A stretch of 64,000 nucleotides of DNA from an uncultured candidate division Zixibacteria bacterium (GTDB lineage Bacteria; Zixibacteria; MSB-5A5; GN15; PGXB01). A model generated the notes under the pieces. The model was not told the DNA's origin. It searched no databases and saw only the letters and a list, made by a program, of their open reading frames with translations. Numbering within the stretch: position 1 is the stretch's first letter; every line of letters starts with the position of its first letter. The DNA is taken from contig OY969724.1 of the NCBI GenBank assembly GCA_963702205.1, forward strand, positions 2,912,001-2,976,000, given 5' to 3'. A program made the position numbers and the translations under genes. Positions 50,743 to 61,462 of this stretch are shown here, piece after piece.

Positions 50743-51927
50743 ATGGCGGATCTTCCGAATACCCCAAAGCTTGATGAGCTTGAGAAGGGTAAGTGGCCGA
50801 GCTTCGTAAAAGAAATCAAGATGGCGGCCAAAACGAGTCCCATGGCGGCGGACCTTCTCGGCCAGTTAGAGCAATCCTATACTGAAAAAATAGGACACTG
50901 GAAACATGGCGGTATTGTTGGCGTGATGGGTTATGGTGGCGGCGTTATCGGCCGTTATTCCGATTTGCCCGACAAGTGGCCCAATATTTCGCATTTCCAT
51001 ACTTTGCGTATTAACCAGCCGGCCGGTTGGTTCTATACGACAGAAGCTCTTCGCAAAATCTGTGATATCTGGGAAAAGCGCGGCTCCGGCCTTACCAACA
51101 TGCACGGCTCGACCGGCGATATCATTCTGCTCGGTACCACCACCGACCAGCTCGAACCGACCTTCACCGATCTGCAGGGCATCGATTTTGACATTGGCGG
51201 TTCCGGTTCCGACTTACGTACTCCCAGTTGCTGCTGCGGCATGGCCCGCTGCGAATGGGCCTGCTATGACACGATGGCTCTTACGCACGAATTAACCATG
51301 CATTATCAGGACGAATTGCACCGTCCGGCCTTCCCCTATAAATTCAAGTTCAAAATGTCCGGTTGTCCGAACGACTGCGTGGCCTCTATCGCCCGCTCCG
51401 ACCTTTCCATCATCGGTATCTGGCGCGACGACATCCAGATGGATCAGGCCGAAGTTAAAGCCTACGCCGACGGCGGCATGGATATCCAGGGGGAAGTCGT
51501 CGAAATGTGCCCCGGCAAGTGCATGGAATGGAACGGCAGTGAACTCAAGATCGAAAACAGCTTCTGCAAGAAGTGCATGCATTGCATAAATGTCATGCCC
51601 AAGGCTCTTCGTCCGGGCAAAGATCGCGGTGCCTGCCTGCTCCTGGGCGCCAAGGCTCCGATTATCGAGGGCGCCATGTTGTCTTCGGTTATCGTGCCGT
51701 TCGTGAAACTCGAGCCGCCGTATGACGATCTCAAAGAGTTGATTGACGCCATTTGGGATGTCTGGTGCGAAGAGGGCAAAAACCGCGAACGTGTCGGCGA
51801 ATTTATACAGCGTGTCGGCATGGGTAATTTCCTCGACGCCATCGGCATGGAACCGATTCCGGAGATGGTCGCCCATCCGCGGGAAAACCCATACGTTTTC
51901 TTCGGTGGCGAGGAAGATGAAGGATAA
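50743..51927 (+). CDS. dsrA: Dissimilatory sulfite reductase alpha subunit
   Basis: [47 protein letters not shown] and CMHCIN. Confidence 0.98.
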   Translation: MADLPNTPKLDELEKGKWPSFVKEIKMAAKTSPMAADLLGQLEQSYTEKIGHWKHGGIVGVMGYGGGVIGRYSDLPDKWPNISHFHTLRINQPAGWFYTTEALRKICDIWEKRGSGLTNMHGSTGDIILLGTTTDQLEPTFTDLQGIDFDIGGSGSDLRTPSCCCGMARCEWACYDTMALTHELTMHYQDELHRPAFPYKFKFKMSGCPNDCVASIARSDLSIIGIWRDDIQMDQAEVKAYADGGMDIQGEVVEMCPGKCMEWNGSELKIENSFCKKCMHCINVMPKALRPGKDRGACLLLGAKAPIIEGAMLSSVIVPFVKLEPPYDDLKELIDAIWDVWCEEGKNRERVGEFIQRVGMGNFLDAIGMEPIPEMVAHPRENPYVFFGGEEDEG

Positions 51928-51966
51928 ACTACAAGATTAACCTAAAAGAAAATAGAGGTTTGAGAT

Positions 51967-53049
51967 ATGGCTGATGCAGTGCAAGAAAGACGGACCGATT
52001 ACGGTCCCCCCCATTATGAGCAGTTCCTGCCTCCGATAATAAAGGAAAACTACGGCAAATGGAAATACCATGAAATCCTCAAGCCGGGAGTCATGGTTCA
52101 CGTCAGTGAAAGCGGAGCCAAACTGTTCACGATCCGGGCCGCTTCCGGGCGCTTGATAAGTATCGAGAAGATCAGAAATTATTGTGATTTGGCCGATAAG
52201 TACTGCGACGGTTATCTGCGGTTCACGAGCCGCCACAACGTCGAGTTCCTTCTGACCAAATCCGAAAACATCGATCCCCTGATTCAGGACCTGGCCGCTT
52301 TGGGACACCCGGTCGGCGGTATCGGCAATGCCATTTCGAGTATCGTCCACACCCAGGGCTGGGTGCACTGTCACTCGGCCGCGACCGACGCTTCCGGTGT
52401 CGTCAAGTGCGTCATGGACGACCTGATCGAGTACTTCGAAAACAGAAAGCTCCCCGGCAAGCTGCGTATCGCTTTGGCCTGTTGTCTGAACATGTGCGGT
52501 GCCGTACATTGTTCCGATATCGCTATCCTGGGCATTCACCGCAGACCACCGAAAGTCAACCACCAAAGCGTCAAAAAGATGTGCGAAATTCCGAACGTGG
52601 TTGCCTCCTGCCCGACCGCCGCGATTCGTCCGGCGACCGTGGAAGGTAACCCGTCGGTGGAAGTCCTGGAAGAAAATTGTATGTACTGCGCCAACTGCTA
52701 TACGGTGTGCCCCGCTATGCCTTTGAACGATCCCTTGAACGACGGCGTGTCGATATGGGTCGGCGGCAAGGTTTCCAACGCGCGCGCCGAACCGATGTTC
52801 TCGAAGCTGGCGATTCCGTTCATACCGAACAATCCGCCGCGCTGGCCCGAGGTTACTTCTGCCATCCGCAACCTGGTGGAACTCTGGGCGGCCAACGCCA
52901 GGAAGCACGAAAGAATGGGTGAGTGGATAAACCGTATCGGCTGGCCGAAGTTTTTCCAGATGTCCGGTATAGAGTTTACCAAGCAGCACATTGACGATTT
53001 CAAGCACGCCGGTCTGACCTTTAAACGCTCGACACATTTAACCTTTTAG
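51967..53049 (+). CDS. dsrB: Dissimilatory sulfite reductase beta subunit
   Basis: [33 protein letters not shown] and PNNPPRWP. Confidence 0.98.
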   Translation: MADAVQERRTDYGPPHYEQFLPPIIKENYGKWKYHEILKPGVMVHVSESGAKLFTIRAASGRLISIEKIRNYCDLADKYCDGYLRFTSRHNVEFLLTKSENIDPLIQDLAALGHPVGGIGNAISSIVHTQGWVHCHSAATDASGVVKCVMDDLIEYFENRKLPGKLRIALACCLNMCGAVHCSDIAILGIHRRPPKVNHQSVKKMCEIPNVVASCPTAAIRPATVEGNPSVEVLEENCMYCANCYTVCPAMPLNDPLNDGVSIWVGGKVSNARAEPMFSKLAIPFIPNNPPRWPEVTSAIRNLVELWAANARKHERMGEWINRIGWPKFFQMSGIEFTKQHIDDFKHAGLTFKRSTHLTF

Positions 53050-53063
53050 AAGGTGATTTAGAT

Positions 53064-53309
53064 ATGGCGAAAACAAAGGAAGACATTGTCGAGGCCATGT
53101 TCAAGATGGTGAGCGACGCTCAGGGCCAGAAGAAACTCAAACCGATGGACCTGACCAAAGCCATGATTGAACTGTACGGTGACGACGGCGTCGACAAGAA
53201 ATTGTGTAAAGATGCCATCAAGGATCTGATCAACAGTGGACGCTGCGTGTATACTTATTATGGTGGCAGTTATATAGAGATTCCGCATAAAGAAGGCGCC
53301 GCGAATTAA
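53064..53309 (+). CDS. dsrD: DsrD (winged-helix DsrAB activator)
   Basis: 81 aa directly after dsrB; K..IKDLINSG..VY.Y.GGS motif. Confidence 0.8.
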   Translation: MAKTKEDIVEAMFKMVSDAQGQKKLKPMDLTKAMIELYGDDGVDKKLCKDAIKDLINSGRCVYTYYGGSYIEIPHKEGAAN

Positions 53310-53336
53310 CATCCGCGGCGCGCGGGTGCCGCAACC

Positions 53337-54776
53337 ATGCTTGAACAAAAACCGCGGATAATATTCGCCGGCCTGTCCGGCGATTCGGGAAAGACGATAA
53401 CGAGCCTAAGCTTTCTGTCGCACTATCGACAGAAAGCTCCGGCCGTTCGCGTATTCAAAAAAGGTCCGGATTACATCGATTCGGCCTGGCTGAGTCATTT
53501 TGCCGGATCGCCATGTCACAATCTCGACACCTACCTCGCCGGCGAAGTAAACGTCTATCGTTCATTTTGCTCACATTCGACTTCGAACGGAATATCGGTC
53601 ATAGAGGGCAACCGGGGGTTGTTTGACGGGCTCGACGTGGACGGTACGCACAGTACGGCCGGGCTCGCGAAGCTTTTAAAAGCACCGGTGGTACTGATAG
53701 CCGACGCCACCAAGGCGACACGTACTATTGCGGCCCTGGTAAAAGGCTGCATCGACTTCGATCCTGACGTTAACATCGTGGGTGTCATTTTGAACCGCGT
53801 CGCGGGTGAAAGACATAAAAAGATTATTATCGATTCTATCGAAAAATATTGCGGCCTTCCTGTACTGGGAGCTATCCCCAAGCTGGATCGCGACGGGACG
53901 ATTATACCGTCCCGCCATCTGGGACTGGTGACACCGTCGGAATTCGATCGCAGCAACGCCCTCGGCGAGAAGCTCTATGAAATCGCCGATAAGTACCTGA
54001 ACATGGAAGGCATAGTACGTTTGGCCAACAATGCTCCTCAACTCGATATTGAAAAAACAAACGTACGAACCGAATTAAAGCCGAACATAAAGATCGGCTA
54101 TTTCAAAGATTCTGCTTTTACTTTTTATTATCCGGAGAACCTCGAAGCGCTGCGGGCGAACGGAGCCGAATTGATTGAGATATCGTCGATGACGAGCTCT
54201 TCCCTGCCCGATATCGACGGCTTGTATATCGGCGGGGGGTTCCCGGAAACACAGGGCGAAAAAATTTCCAACAACCTGCAGTTATTGGCATCGCTGAAAG
54301 AGGCCGCCGAAGACGGACTTCCGATTTATGCCGAGTGCGGGGGTTTGATACTCCTGTGCCGCTCGTTGTGCTGGCAGGATAATACGTACCGAATGGCCGG
54401 AGTGTTCCCGATTGATCTGGCGATGCATAAAAGGCCGATCGGGCACGGATATACGGCTCTTGAAGCCGACACGACCAACCCGATATTCGCCATGAATTCC
54501 AAAATATGCGGCCATGAGTTTCATTACTCGTCTCCTTTGAATTTCGACGAAAACATCACTACGTGCATGAAGGTCGAAAAAGGAACGGGGCTCGGAAACA
54601 ATCGCGACGGGTTGATATATAAAAATTGCCTGGCCGTCTATACGCATATCCATGCCGACGGTCACCCTGAATGGGCCGAAAGATTTTGCAGGCTGGTCCG
54701 AAGCTACAAAAACGGAGAAACTGATTTTTTTGAGATAAATTCCCCGGGAGCGCCGGCACGGGCCGGTGCCGTTTAA
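53337..54776 (+). CDS. dsrN: Siroheme a,c-diamide synthase (CbiA-like)
   Basis: GDSGKT, FKKGPDYID, EGNRGLFDG, SRHLGL, YAECGG and GHEFHYS; dsr context. Confidence 0.9.
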   Translation: MLEQKPRIIFAGLSGDSGKTITSLSFLSHYRQKAPAVRVFKKGPDYIDSAWLSHFAGSPCHNLDTYLAGEVNVYRSFCSHSTSNGISVIEGNRGLFDGLDVDGTHSTAGLAKLLKAPVVLIADATKATRTIAALVKGCIDFDPDVNIVGVILNRVAGERHKKIIIDSIEKYCGLPVLGAIPKLDRDGTIIPSRHLGLVTPSEFDRSNALGEKLYEIADKYLNMEGIVRLANNAPQLDIEKTNVRTELKPNIKIGYFKDSAFTFYYPENLEALRANGAELIEISSMTSSSLPDIDGLYIGGGFPETQGEKISNNLQLLASLKEAAEDGLPIYAECGGLILLCRSLCWQDNTYRMAGVFPIDLAMHKRPIGHGYTALEADTTNPIFAMNSKICGHEFHYSSPLNFDENITTCMKVEKGTGLGNNRDGLIYKNCLAVYTHIHADGHPEWAERFCRLVRSYKNGETDFFEINSPGAPARAGAV

Positions 54777-54830
54777 AAGGCGGGGCTTAGTACAAATATG
54801 ATATAATTTTTCTCGAATAAGAGAGGCAAC

Positions 54831-56513
54831 ATGGGTTTAGTAGGAAAGAAAAAGAGCCTTAAGGTCAAGCACGGCGGCAGCGCCTCGGGCGGGTCGGGCA
54901 AAGAACAGTCATCGCGACGACCTAAATTTGTCGAAAAGATACCACCCTGTATCAATAAATGCCCCAACAACAATCAGATCCGCGCGGCGTTGATGACGGT
55001 CAACAAGGCCGAGGATTATGAAAAGACCTATGACCAGGCGATGGAACAGGCCTGGCAGATATTCGCCGAGACGACACCCTTCCCGTCCGTGTGCGGCCGC
55101 GTCTGCCCGCACCCGTGCGAGACGGAATGCAACCGCACCGCCAAAGAAGGCGCCGTTTCGATCAACGCCTTTGAACGGCATGTCGGTGATTATGGCCTTG
55201 AAAAGGGCTTGAAGCCCAGGATGCTGTCTGATGAGAAACACGAGGAAAAGATAGCCATTATCGGTTCCGGCCCGGCCGGGATGAGCTGTGCTTATCATCT
55301 GGCCCGGCGCGGGTACCCCGTTACGGTTTTCGAGGCTTTTCCGAAGGCCGGTGGTATGCTTCGTTATGGTATCCCCGACTATCGTCTCCCCGGCGCTATC
55401 CTCGACGCCGAAATCCAGCGCATTCTGGATATGGGCGTGGAGCTTAAACTCAATACGGCCGTGGGCAAAGAAGTTCTTTTTGATGATATTAAAAGTCAGT
55501 ACAAGATGGTTTTCGTGGGGCTTGGTGCGCATCAGGGGTACAAACTCGGAGTGGCCGGTGAGGATGCCGAAAACGTCTGGACCGGAACCCAGTTTTTGAA
55601 CAAGATAAATTCCGGCGAGATGGTCGCCGTCGGCAGCAAAGTGGTCGTGGTCGGCGGCGGTGATACGGCCGTCGATGCCGCCCGCGTATCGCGCCGTCTC
55701 GGTGCCGAAGTAACGATTTTGTATCGTCGTACGCGCGAAGAAATGCCCGCCATCGACGAAGAAATCGTCGGTGCCGATGAAGAAGCGGTCACTATACACT
55801 ACCTGGCCGCGCCGATGGAAATTTACAAAGACGGTAACAAGGCGACCGGCATGAAATGTCAGAAGATGCAGTTGGGTGAACCGGATGCCTCGGGACGCCG
55901 TCGTCCGGTACCGATTGAAGGCGAGACGTTCGACCTGGAGTTCACGACTTTAATCGCGGCCATCAGCCAGGAACCGGATTTTACCGCTTTCGAGGGCCTT
56001 CGCGAAGGACGCGACTGGATAAAGGTCGACGATAACTACTGCACCAAGGATCAGCAAATTTACGCCGGTGGCGACAATATCAACCTGGACATTGCCATCA
56101 CGGCCGTCTATCACGGTCGCAGGGCCGCCGAAGCCATCGATGCTGCACTGCGTGGAACGACCTTGGCCAAACCGGAAGAAATGGGCATAATCCGCCACGA
56201 AAAAATGAAGCTGGATTTCTATGAAACGAAGGAACGAGTCCAGGTCAGCCAGCTGCCGGTGGAAGATCGTTTCAAAGAACTGACCGCCGAAATCACGCCG
56301 ACTCTTACGGCCGATCAGGCGGTAGCCGAATCCAAGCGGTGTATGAGCTGCGGAATGTGTTTCGACTGCGGCACATGCTGGAGCTATTGTCAGGATAATG
56401 CCGTTATTAAACCGCTTATTAAAGGCGAGAAATACAAATTTAAACTTGAATTCTGCAAGGGTTGCGACAAGTGCGCGGAGAACTGCCCGTGCGGATACAT
56501 TGAAATGTTTTAA
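54831..56513 (+). CDS. dsrL: DsrL iron-sulfur flavoprotein (DsrL-2 type, YRR NADP(H) motif)
   Basis: GltD-like core (CGRVCPHPCE, GSGPAG, GGGDTA, LYRRT); C-terminal CMSCGMCFDCG.C...CKGCDKCAENCPCGYIEM ferredoxin domain; dsr context. Confidence 0.9.
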   Translation: MGLVGKKKSLKVKHGGSASGGSGKEQSSRRPKFVEKIPPCINKCPNNNQIRAALMTVNKAEDYEKTYDQAMEQAWQIFAETTPFPSVCGRVCPHPCETECNRTAKEGAVSINAFERHVGDYGLEKGLKPRMLSDEKHEEKIAIIGSGPAGMSCAYHLARRGYPVTVFEAFPKAGGMLRYGIPDYRLPGAILDAEIQRILDMGVELKLNTAVGKEVLFDDIKSQYKMVFVGLGAHQGYKLGVAGEDAENVWTGTQFLNKINSGEMVAVGSKVVVVGGGDTAVDAARVSRRLGAEVTILYRRTREEMPAIDEEIVGADEEAVTIHYLAAPMEIYKDGNKATGMKCQKMQLGEPDASGRRRPVPIEGETFDLEFTTLIAAISQEPDFTAFEGLREGRDWIKVDDNYCTKDQQIYAGGDNINLDIAITAVYHGRRAAEAIDAALRGTTLAKPEEMGIIRHEKMKLDFYETKERVQVSQLPVEDRFKELTAEITPTLTADQAVAESKRCMSCGMCFDCGTCWSYCQDNAVIKPLIKGEKYKFKLEFCKGCDKCAENCPCGYIEMF

Positions 56514-56561
56514 GAGAAAAGCAAACCATTTAACGTTAAATTCAATTTTGGAGGATGCAAG

Positions 56562-56879
56562 ATGCCAGTTTTTGAACATGGCGAAATCAAAATTGACGTG
56601 GATGAAGATGGCTTCATGGAAGATCCCGACGTCTGGAACGAAGAGATCGCTAAAGCATTGGCCACGACCGAGGGCGTAGACAACCTCACCGAAGACCACT
56701 GGAAACTGGTCAACTACCTGAGAGATTACTATCTCAAGTTCGGAATTGCCCCGATGATTCGTAAGCTCTGCAAAGAGACCGGCTTTCCACTGAAGAGAGT
56801 GTACGAACTTTTCCCGTCGGGTCCCGCCAAAGGCGCCTGCAAAGTCGCCGGGTTGGCCAAACCGACCGGTTGTGTGTAA
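56562..56879 (+). CDS. dsrC: DsrC sulfur carrier with both C-terminal cysteines
   Basis: VDEDGF and LFPSGPAKGACKVAGLAKPTGCV (Cx10C). Confidence 0.97.
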   Translation: MPVFEHGEIKIDVDEDGFMEDPDVWNEEIAKALATTEGVDNLTEDHWKLVNYLRDYYLKFGIAPMIRKLCKETGFPLKRVYELFPSGPAKGACKVAGLAKPTGCV

Positions 56880-56896
56880 TATTTGATTAATGGATT

Positions 56897-56928
56897 TCAG
56901 GGAAAACTCCCGGATGAGTTTTCCCTGA
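56897..56928 (+). terminator. Strong stem-loop after dsrC (terminator or mRNA stabiliser)
   Basis: tcagggaaaactc-ccggat-gagttttccctga, 13-bp perfect stem, no clear U-tract. Confidence 0.6.
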
Positions 56929-57058
56929 TCCCGTTTCGATTGGAGAGAGCAAAGCAGGTTGGTCCGCCGGAAGAAATTCCGATCCGTACTCAGACAACAC
57001 CAGACCTGTTTTATTTTAGCTTCTTATGTGAAAAAAATAACTTGGACCGGTAAGTAAC

Positions 57059-57601
57059 ATGAAACTGACAAATCTCTTAAAGGAAAATAAAAATGATATT
57101 TTGAGGATATGGTTCGACGCCATATTGCAGTCATATCCTCAGGATACCTCCAATTTTCTGATAAAAGAAAATGACCGCTTTGCCAACCCGGTCGGATATA
57201 CTTATCGGAACAATATCGAAATCATCTTTGACGGACTTACCGGCGAGGCCGAACGAAAAGACGTGCTTCTGGCGATAGATAACATCGTGAAAGTCCGCAA
57301 TGTCCAGGATTTTGCACCATCGCAGGTGGTCGCCGTGTTTCTCCTGTTCAAAGGTATAGTCCGCCAACATTCAAAGATAAAAGATGCCGATGTAAGTCTG
57401 GATGCCGAACTGCTTGAATTCGAGGCCAGGGTCGACAACCTCGCGCTGGCGGCCTTCGATTGTTATTCGTCGATTCGCGAGTTGATGGGCGACATCCGCA
57501 TTCGGGAGGCGCAGCGGCGGATACAGAAGCTTATGGAAAGGTCAGATATTTTCAATGATAAAATAGGTCAGGAAGGGGATGCAACGTATGATGGATCGTG
57601 A
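57059..57601 (+). CDS. dsrT: DsrT (RsbRD N-terminal-like protein)
   Basis: W...I..SYP......L....DRFANPVG and R.VQDF.PS motifs; precedes dsrM. Confidence 0.88.
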   Translation: MKLTNLLKENKNDILRIWFDAILQSYPQDTSNFLIKENDRFANPVGYTYRNNIEIIFDGLTGEAERKDVLLAIDNIVKVRNVQDFAPSQVVAVFLLFKGIVRQHSKIKDADVSLDAELLEFEARVDNLALAAFDCYSSIRELMGDIRIREAQRRIQKLMERSDIFNDKIGQEGDATYDGS

Positions 57602-57631
57602 TCGCAGGCATCGGAAAGGAGCGTGCCGATT

Positions 57632-58630
57632 ATGGGTATGATCTTTTCCCTCGTGGCAGTCCTGGTGCTGGCGCTTATCGCTTATGTCGGGGCCGGATCG
57701 TTTGGGCTGCACTACCTGTTCGGGGTGATAATCCCGTATCTGGCTCTGGTGATGTTCGTTTTCGGACTGATATACAGGGTTTTGAAATGGGCCAAATCGC
57801 CGGTGCCGTTCAAGATTCCGACGACCTGCGGGCAGCAGAAATCTTTGCCCTGGATTCGGCAAAGCAAGCTGGAAAGCCCGTCGACGGGCTGGCAGGTTTT
57901 TGGCCGTATGCTTCTGGAAATTTTCTTTTTCCGGTCGCTGTTTCGCAATACTAAGATGGCGCTCAAGAAAGGTCCGCGACTCGTTTATGGATCGGAAAAG
58001 TATTTATGGATGGCCGGTCTGGCTTTTCATTACAGCTTTCTGATAATCGTCCTCAGACACCTGAGGTTTTTTTTGGAACCGATACCGGGCTTTGTTACGG
58101 CAATACAGAAACTCGACGCATTCCTCCAGGTAGGCCTGCCGATATTCTATATCACCGACGGTATCCTTATGGCCGCCGTGGCCTTTTTATTCTTCCGGCG
58201 CGTGATAAATCCCAAAGTCCGATACATTTCTCTGGCGGCTGACTATTTCCCGCTTTTCTTAATCGGGAGCATCGCCCTGACCGGAATTCTCATGCGATAT
58301 ACGGAGACATTCAAAGCCGACCTTATTTCTGTCAAAGAACTCGCGATCGGCCTGATGACCTTCTCCCCCGTGCTGCCGCAGGGACTGGACGTCATATTCT
58401 TCATCCACCTCTTTCTGGTCAGTGCCCTTTTGATCTACTTTCCTATGAGCAAACTGGTCCATATGGGCGGTGTCTTTTTGAGCCCGACCCGCAACCTGGC
58501 CAACAACAGCCGCAGCCGTCGGCATATAAATCCGTGGAATCCCGACGTCAAAGTGCATACGTACGAAGAATACGAAGACGAATTTCGTGAACTCATGAAA
58601 GCGGCGGACATGCCGCTGGAGAAGGAATAA
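57632..58630 (+). CDS. dsrM: DsrM cytochrome b subunit
   Basis: PVPFKIPTTCGQQKSL, FRSLFRNT, FH...LRHLR, HLFL...SKLVH and SPTRN. Confidence 0.95.
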   Translation: MGMIFSLVAVLVLALIAYVGAGSFGLHYLFGVIIPYLALVMFVFGLIYRVLKWAKSPVPFKIPTTCGQQKSLPWIRQSKLESPSTGWQVFGRMLLEIFFFRSLFRNTKMALKKGPRLVYGSEKYLWMAGLAFHYSFLIIVLRHLRFFLEPIPGFVTAIQKLDAFLQVGLPIFYITDGILMAAVAFLFFRRVINPKVRYISLAADYFPLFLIGSIALTGILMRYTETFKADLISVKELAIGLMTFSPVLPQGLDVIFFIHLFLVSALLIYFPMSKLVHMGGVFLSPTRNLANNSRSRRHINPWNPDVKVHTYEEYEDEFRELMKAADMPLEKE

Positions 58631-58633
58631 ATT

Positions 58634-60277
58634 ATGGCAGACGATAAAAAGAAACCGGAAGAGCTGGCCAATATCAGCTATCGGCTGCCGGAAAAATCGT
58701 GGATGGATACCCCGGTCGATTTCCGCAAAGGCACGTACAATTATGGCGCCGTAGCGGACAAGGCCAAATACCTGGGTCTTCCTTTCGCGCGCAAATGGCA
58801 ACCAATGGACGCCGACTGGAAGCTGCCGGAGAACTGGAAAGAAATTATCCTCGAAGGGATGCGCGAGCGTCTGGATAAATTCCGGTCGTTCCGCGTCTTC
58901 ATGGACATATGCGTACGATGCGGCGCCTGCGCCGATAAATGTCATTATTTCATCGGGTCCGGCGACCCCAGGAACATGCCCGTCCTGAGAGCCGAACTGT
59001 TGAGGTCGGTGTATCGTAAAGACTTCACCGCCGCCGGAAAAATCATGGGCAAAATCGCCGGGGCGCGCGAATTGACTGAGGAAGTGCTGAGAGAGTGGTT
59101 CTATTACTTTTTCCAGTGCACCGAATGTCGCCGCTGCTCGGTTTTCTGCCCGTACGGAATCGATACGGCCGAAATCACCATGATGGCCCGCGAACTTTTG
59201 AATCTGGTCGGTCTGAATATCGACTGGATCGTAACCCCGGCCGCCAACTGCTTCCGCACCGGGAATCACCTCGGTATTCAACCGCACGGATTCAAAGACA
59301 GCCTTGAATTTGCGGTCGATGAACTTGAAGAGCTGACCGGTGTTAAAATCGAAGCGCCGATAAACAAGAAAGGCGCGGAAGTGCTGTTTATTGCACCTTC
59401 GGCCGATTATTTTGCATCGCCGCATTATTATACACTGCTCGGGTACCTGCTTCTGTTTCATGAGATAGGGCTGGATTATACCTGGAGTTCTTTCGCATCA
59501 GAGGGCGGCAATTTCGGGCTGTTTCATTCCAATCAGGTCATGAAGCGTCTCAACGCCAAAATGTATATGGAAGCCAGGCGTCTTGGTGTCAAATGGATTC
59601 TGGGCGGTGAATGCGGCCATATGTGGCGCGTTTTGCACCAGTACATGGATACCATGAACGGCCCGGCCGATTTTCTGGAAATTCCTAAAAGCCCTATAAC
59701 CGGAACCGTCTTTGAAAACACGAAATCGACCAAGATGGTACATATTACAGAATTCACGTCGGATTTGATTAAAAACGACAAGATCAAGCTCGACCCCAGC
59801 CGCAACGATCACTGGAATGTCACTTTCCACGATTCGTGCAACCCGGCCCGCGCGATGGGACTTCTGGAAGAACCGCGCTATGTCATAAATAGCTGCTGCA
59901 ATAACTTCCACGAGATGCCGGAAAACACGATTCGGGAGCAAACCTTCTGCTGCGGCAGCGGCTCCGGTCTCGGAACCGATGAAAACCTGGAAATGCGCCT
60001 GCGCGGCGGATTACCGAGAGCCAACGCCGTGAAGTACAACCATGACGTCTATGGCACTAATATTTTGTTGTGTATCTGCGCTATCGACAAAGCGACGCTT
60101 CCGCCGCTTTTGGAATACTGGGTCCCGGACGTCGAGGTGGGCGGCATTCACGAGATGGTCGGCAATGCTTTGGTGCTGAAAAGTGAAACCAGGCGAGCCA
60201 CCGACCTGCGCGGAACACCGTATCCCGAGCCGGAAACCGTAAAAACCGAGGGAAAGGAGGCAGCCCAAGATGTATGA
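58634..60277 (+). CDS. dsrK: DsrK (HdrD-like Fe-S subunit)
   Basis: CVRCGACADKC, CTECRRCSVFCP, GECGH, HDSCN and FCCGSG. Confidence 0.96.
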   Translation: MADDKKKPEELANISYRLPEKSWMDTPVDFRKGTYNYGAVADKAKYLGLPFARKWQPMDADWKLPENWKEIILEGMRERLDKFRSFRVFMDICVRCGACADKCHYFIGSGDPRNMPVLRAELLRSVYRKDFTAAGKIMGKIAGARELTEEVLREWFYYFFQCTECRRCSVFCPYGIDTAEITMMARELLNLVGLNIDWIVTPAANCFRTGNHLGIQPHGFKDSLEFAVDELEELTGVKIEAPINKKGAEVLFIAPSADYFASPHYYTLLGYLLLFHEIGLDYTWSSFASEGGNFGLFHSNQVMKRLNAKMYMEARRLGVKWILGGECGHMWRVLHQYMDTMNGPADFLEIPKSPITGTVFENTKSTKMVHITEFTSDLIKNDKIKLDPSRNDHWNVTFHDSCNPARAMGLLEEPRYVINSCCNNFHEMPENTIREQTFCCGSGSGLGTDENLEMRLRGGLPRANAVKYNHDVYGTNILLCICAIDKATLPPLLEYWVPDVEVGGIHEMVGNALVLKSETRRATDLRGTPYPEPETVKTEGKEAAQDV

Positions 60278-60677
60278 TGGTGGAAAAATAATATTCGGCA
60301 TTGTCATATTTCTGATTCTGGCCACTTTCCCGATCTGGTTCAACGTGGCCAACGGCAAAGCCGATTACACGCCCGACCCGAAAATAGTCACGGTCGGTGA
60401 GCAGTGTATGGCCTCGGCCGATTTCATGAAGCGTAAGCACATGGATATGCTCGATATCTGGCGCGATAAAGTCGTCCGCGACAACGAGAGGACTTTCATC
60501 GCACCCGACGGCAAAGAATATGAGATGAGTTTGTCCAATACGTGCATGAAATGCCATCCGAACAAAGCCGAATTCTGCGACCAGTGCCACAATTATATGG
60601 CCGTAACTCCATACTGCTGGCAGTGTCATATAGAACCCAAGGAGACAGCGACGGAGGTGGCCGATGGGAATCAATAG
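60270..60677 (+). CDS. dsrJ: DsrJ triheme cytochrome c
   Basis: Three CxxCH motifs (CMKCH, CDQCH, CWQCH); HMDML..WRD.VVR. Confidence 0.95.
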   Translation: MYDGGKIIFGIVIFLILATFPIWFNVANGKADYTPDPKIVTVGEQCMASADFMKRKHMDMLDIWRDKVVRDNERTFIAPDGKEYEMSLSNTCMKCHPNKAEFCDQCHNYMAVTPYCWQCHIEPKETATEVADGNQ

Positions 60678-61455
60678 ACGTAATTTCATAAAGCTGGCCG
60701 GGATTACGGTGGCAACCGGGATAGGCGGCAAAAAAGTGCTCGGTGAGCTGGTCGACGATTCAACCGGTCTGCCGGTATCGCAACCGACGACCGATGCCCC
60801 TCCCCTTACGGCCAAGCGCTGGGCGATGGTCATCGACCTGAAAAAGTGCCGCAAAGAATCCGGCTGCACCGATTGTATCAAGGCCTGCCACCACGTCCAT
60901 AACGTGCCCGACCTCGGCAATCCCAAAGATGAGGTCAAATGGATTTGGAAGCAGGACTTTGAAGGGGCGTTTCCGTCGGCCGATCATAAATTCCTCGAAG
61001 ACGAGGTTCGCGAATCACCGGCTATCGTGTTCTGTAACCACTGCGATAATCCTCCGTGTGTCCGGGTGTGTCCGACGCAGGCGACCTGGAAACGGCTGGA
61101 AGACGGCATCGTCATGATGGACATGCACCGCTGTATCGGTTGCCGGTATTGCGTGGTGGCCTGTCCCTATGGCTCGCGCAGCTTCAACTGGCGCGATCCC
61201 CGGCCGTTTATCAAGGACATAGATCCGGATTACCCGACCCGCAAGCGCGGTGTCGTCGAGAAGTGTACCTTCTGCGCCGAGCGCCTGGTCCGGGGAGAGA
61301 TCCCCGCTTGTGTCGAGGCATGCTCGGCCAAGGCCATGGTTTTCGGCGATCTCGAGGATTCCGAATCCGAAGTCCGCAAGCTGCTGGCGGAAAACTACAC
61401 GATTCGGCGCAAACCGGAACTGGGCACTAACCCCGAAATTTACTATATAGTGTGA
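60664..61455 (+). CDS. dsrO: DsrO periplasmic ferredoxin (Tat signal)
   Basis: RRNFIK; CNHCDNPPCVRVCP, CIGCRYC..ACPYG and EKCTFC. Confidence 0.95.
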   Translation: MGINRRNFIKLAGITVATGIGGKKVLGELVDDSTGLPVSQPTTDAPPLTAKRWAMVIDLKKCRKESGCTDCIKACHHVHNVPDLGNPKDEVKWIWKQDFEGAFPSADHKFLEDEVRESPAIVFCNHCDNPPCVRVCPTQATWKRLEDGIVMMDMHRCIGCRYCVVACPYGSRSFNWRDPRPFIKDIDPDYPTRKRGVVEKCTFCAERLVRGEIPACVEACSAKAMVFGDLEDSESEVRKLLAENYTIRRKPELGTNPEIYYIV

Positions 61456-61462
61456 GGGTGGT

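Noticed and set aside
50743..56513. Reverse (oxidative) Dsr pathway because dsrL is present
   Set aside because: dsrD is present and dsrEFH is absent from the cluster; the lone DsrE2-like gene is a different family. Phylogeny is still needed.
57026..57043. Rex-like site before dsrT (ATGTGAAAAAAATAACTT)
   Set aside because: Five mismatches to the palindrome in AT-rich DNA; too weak.
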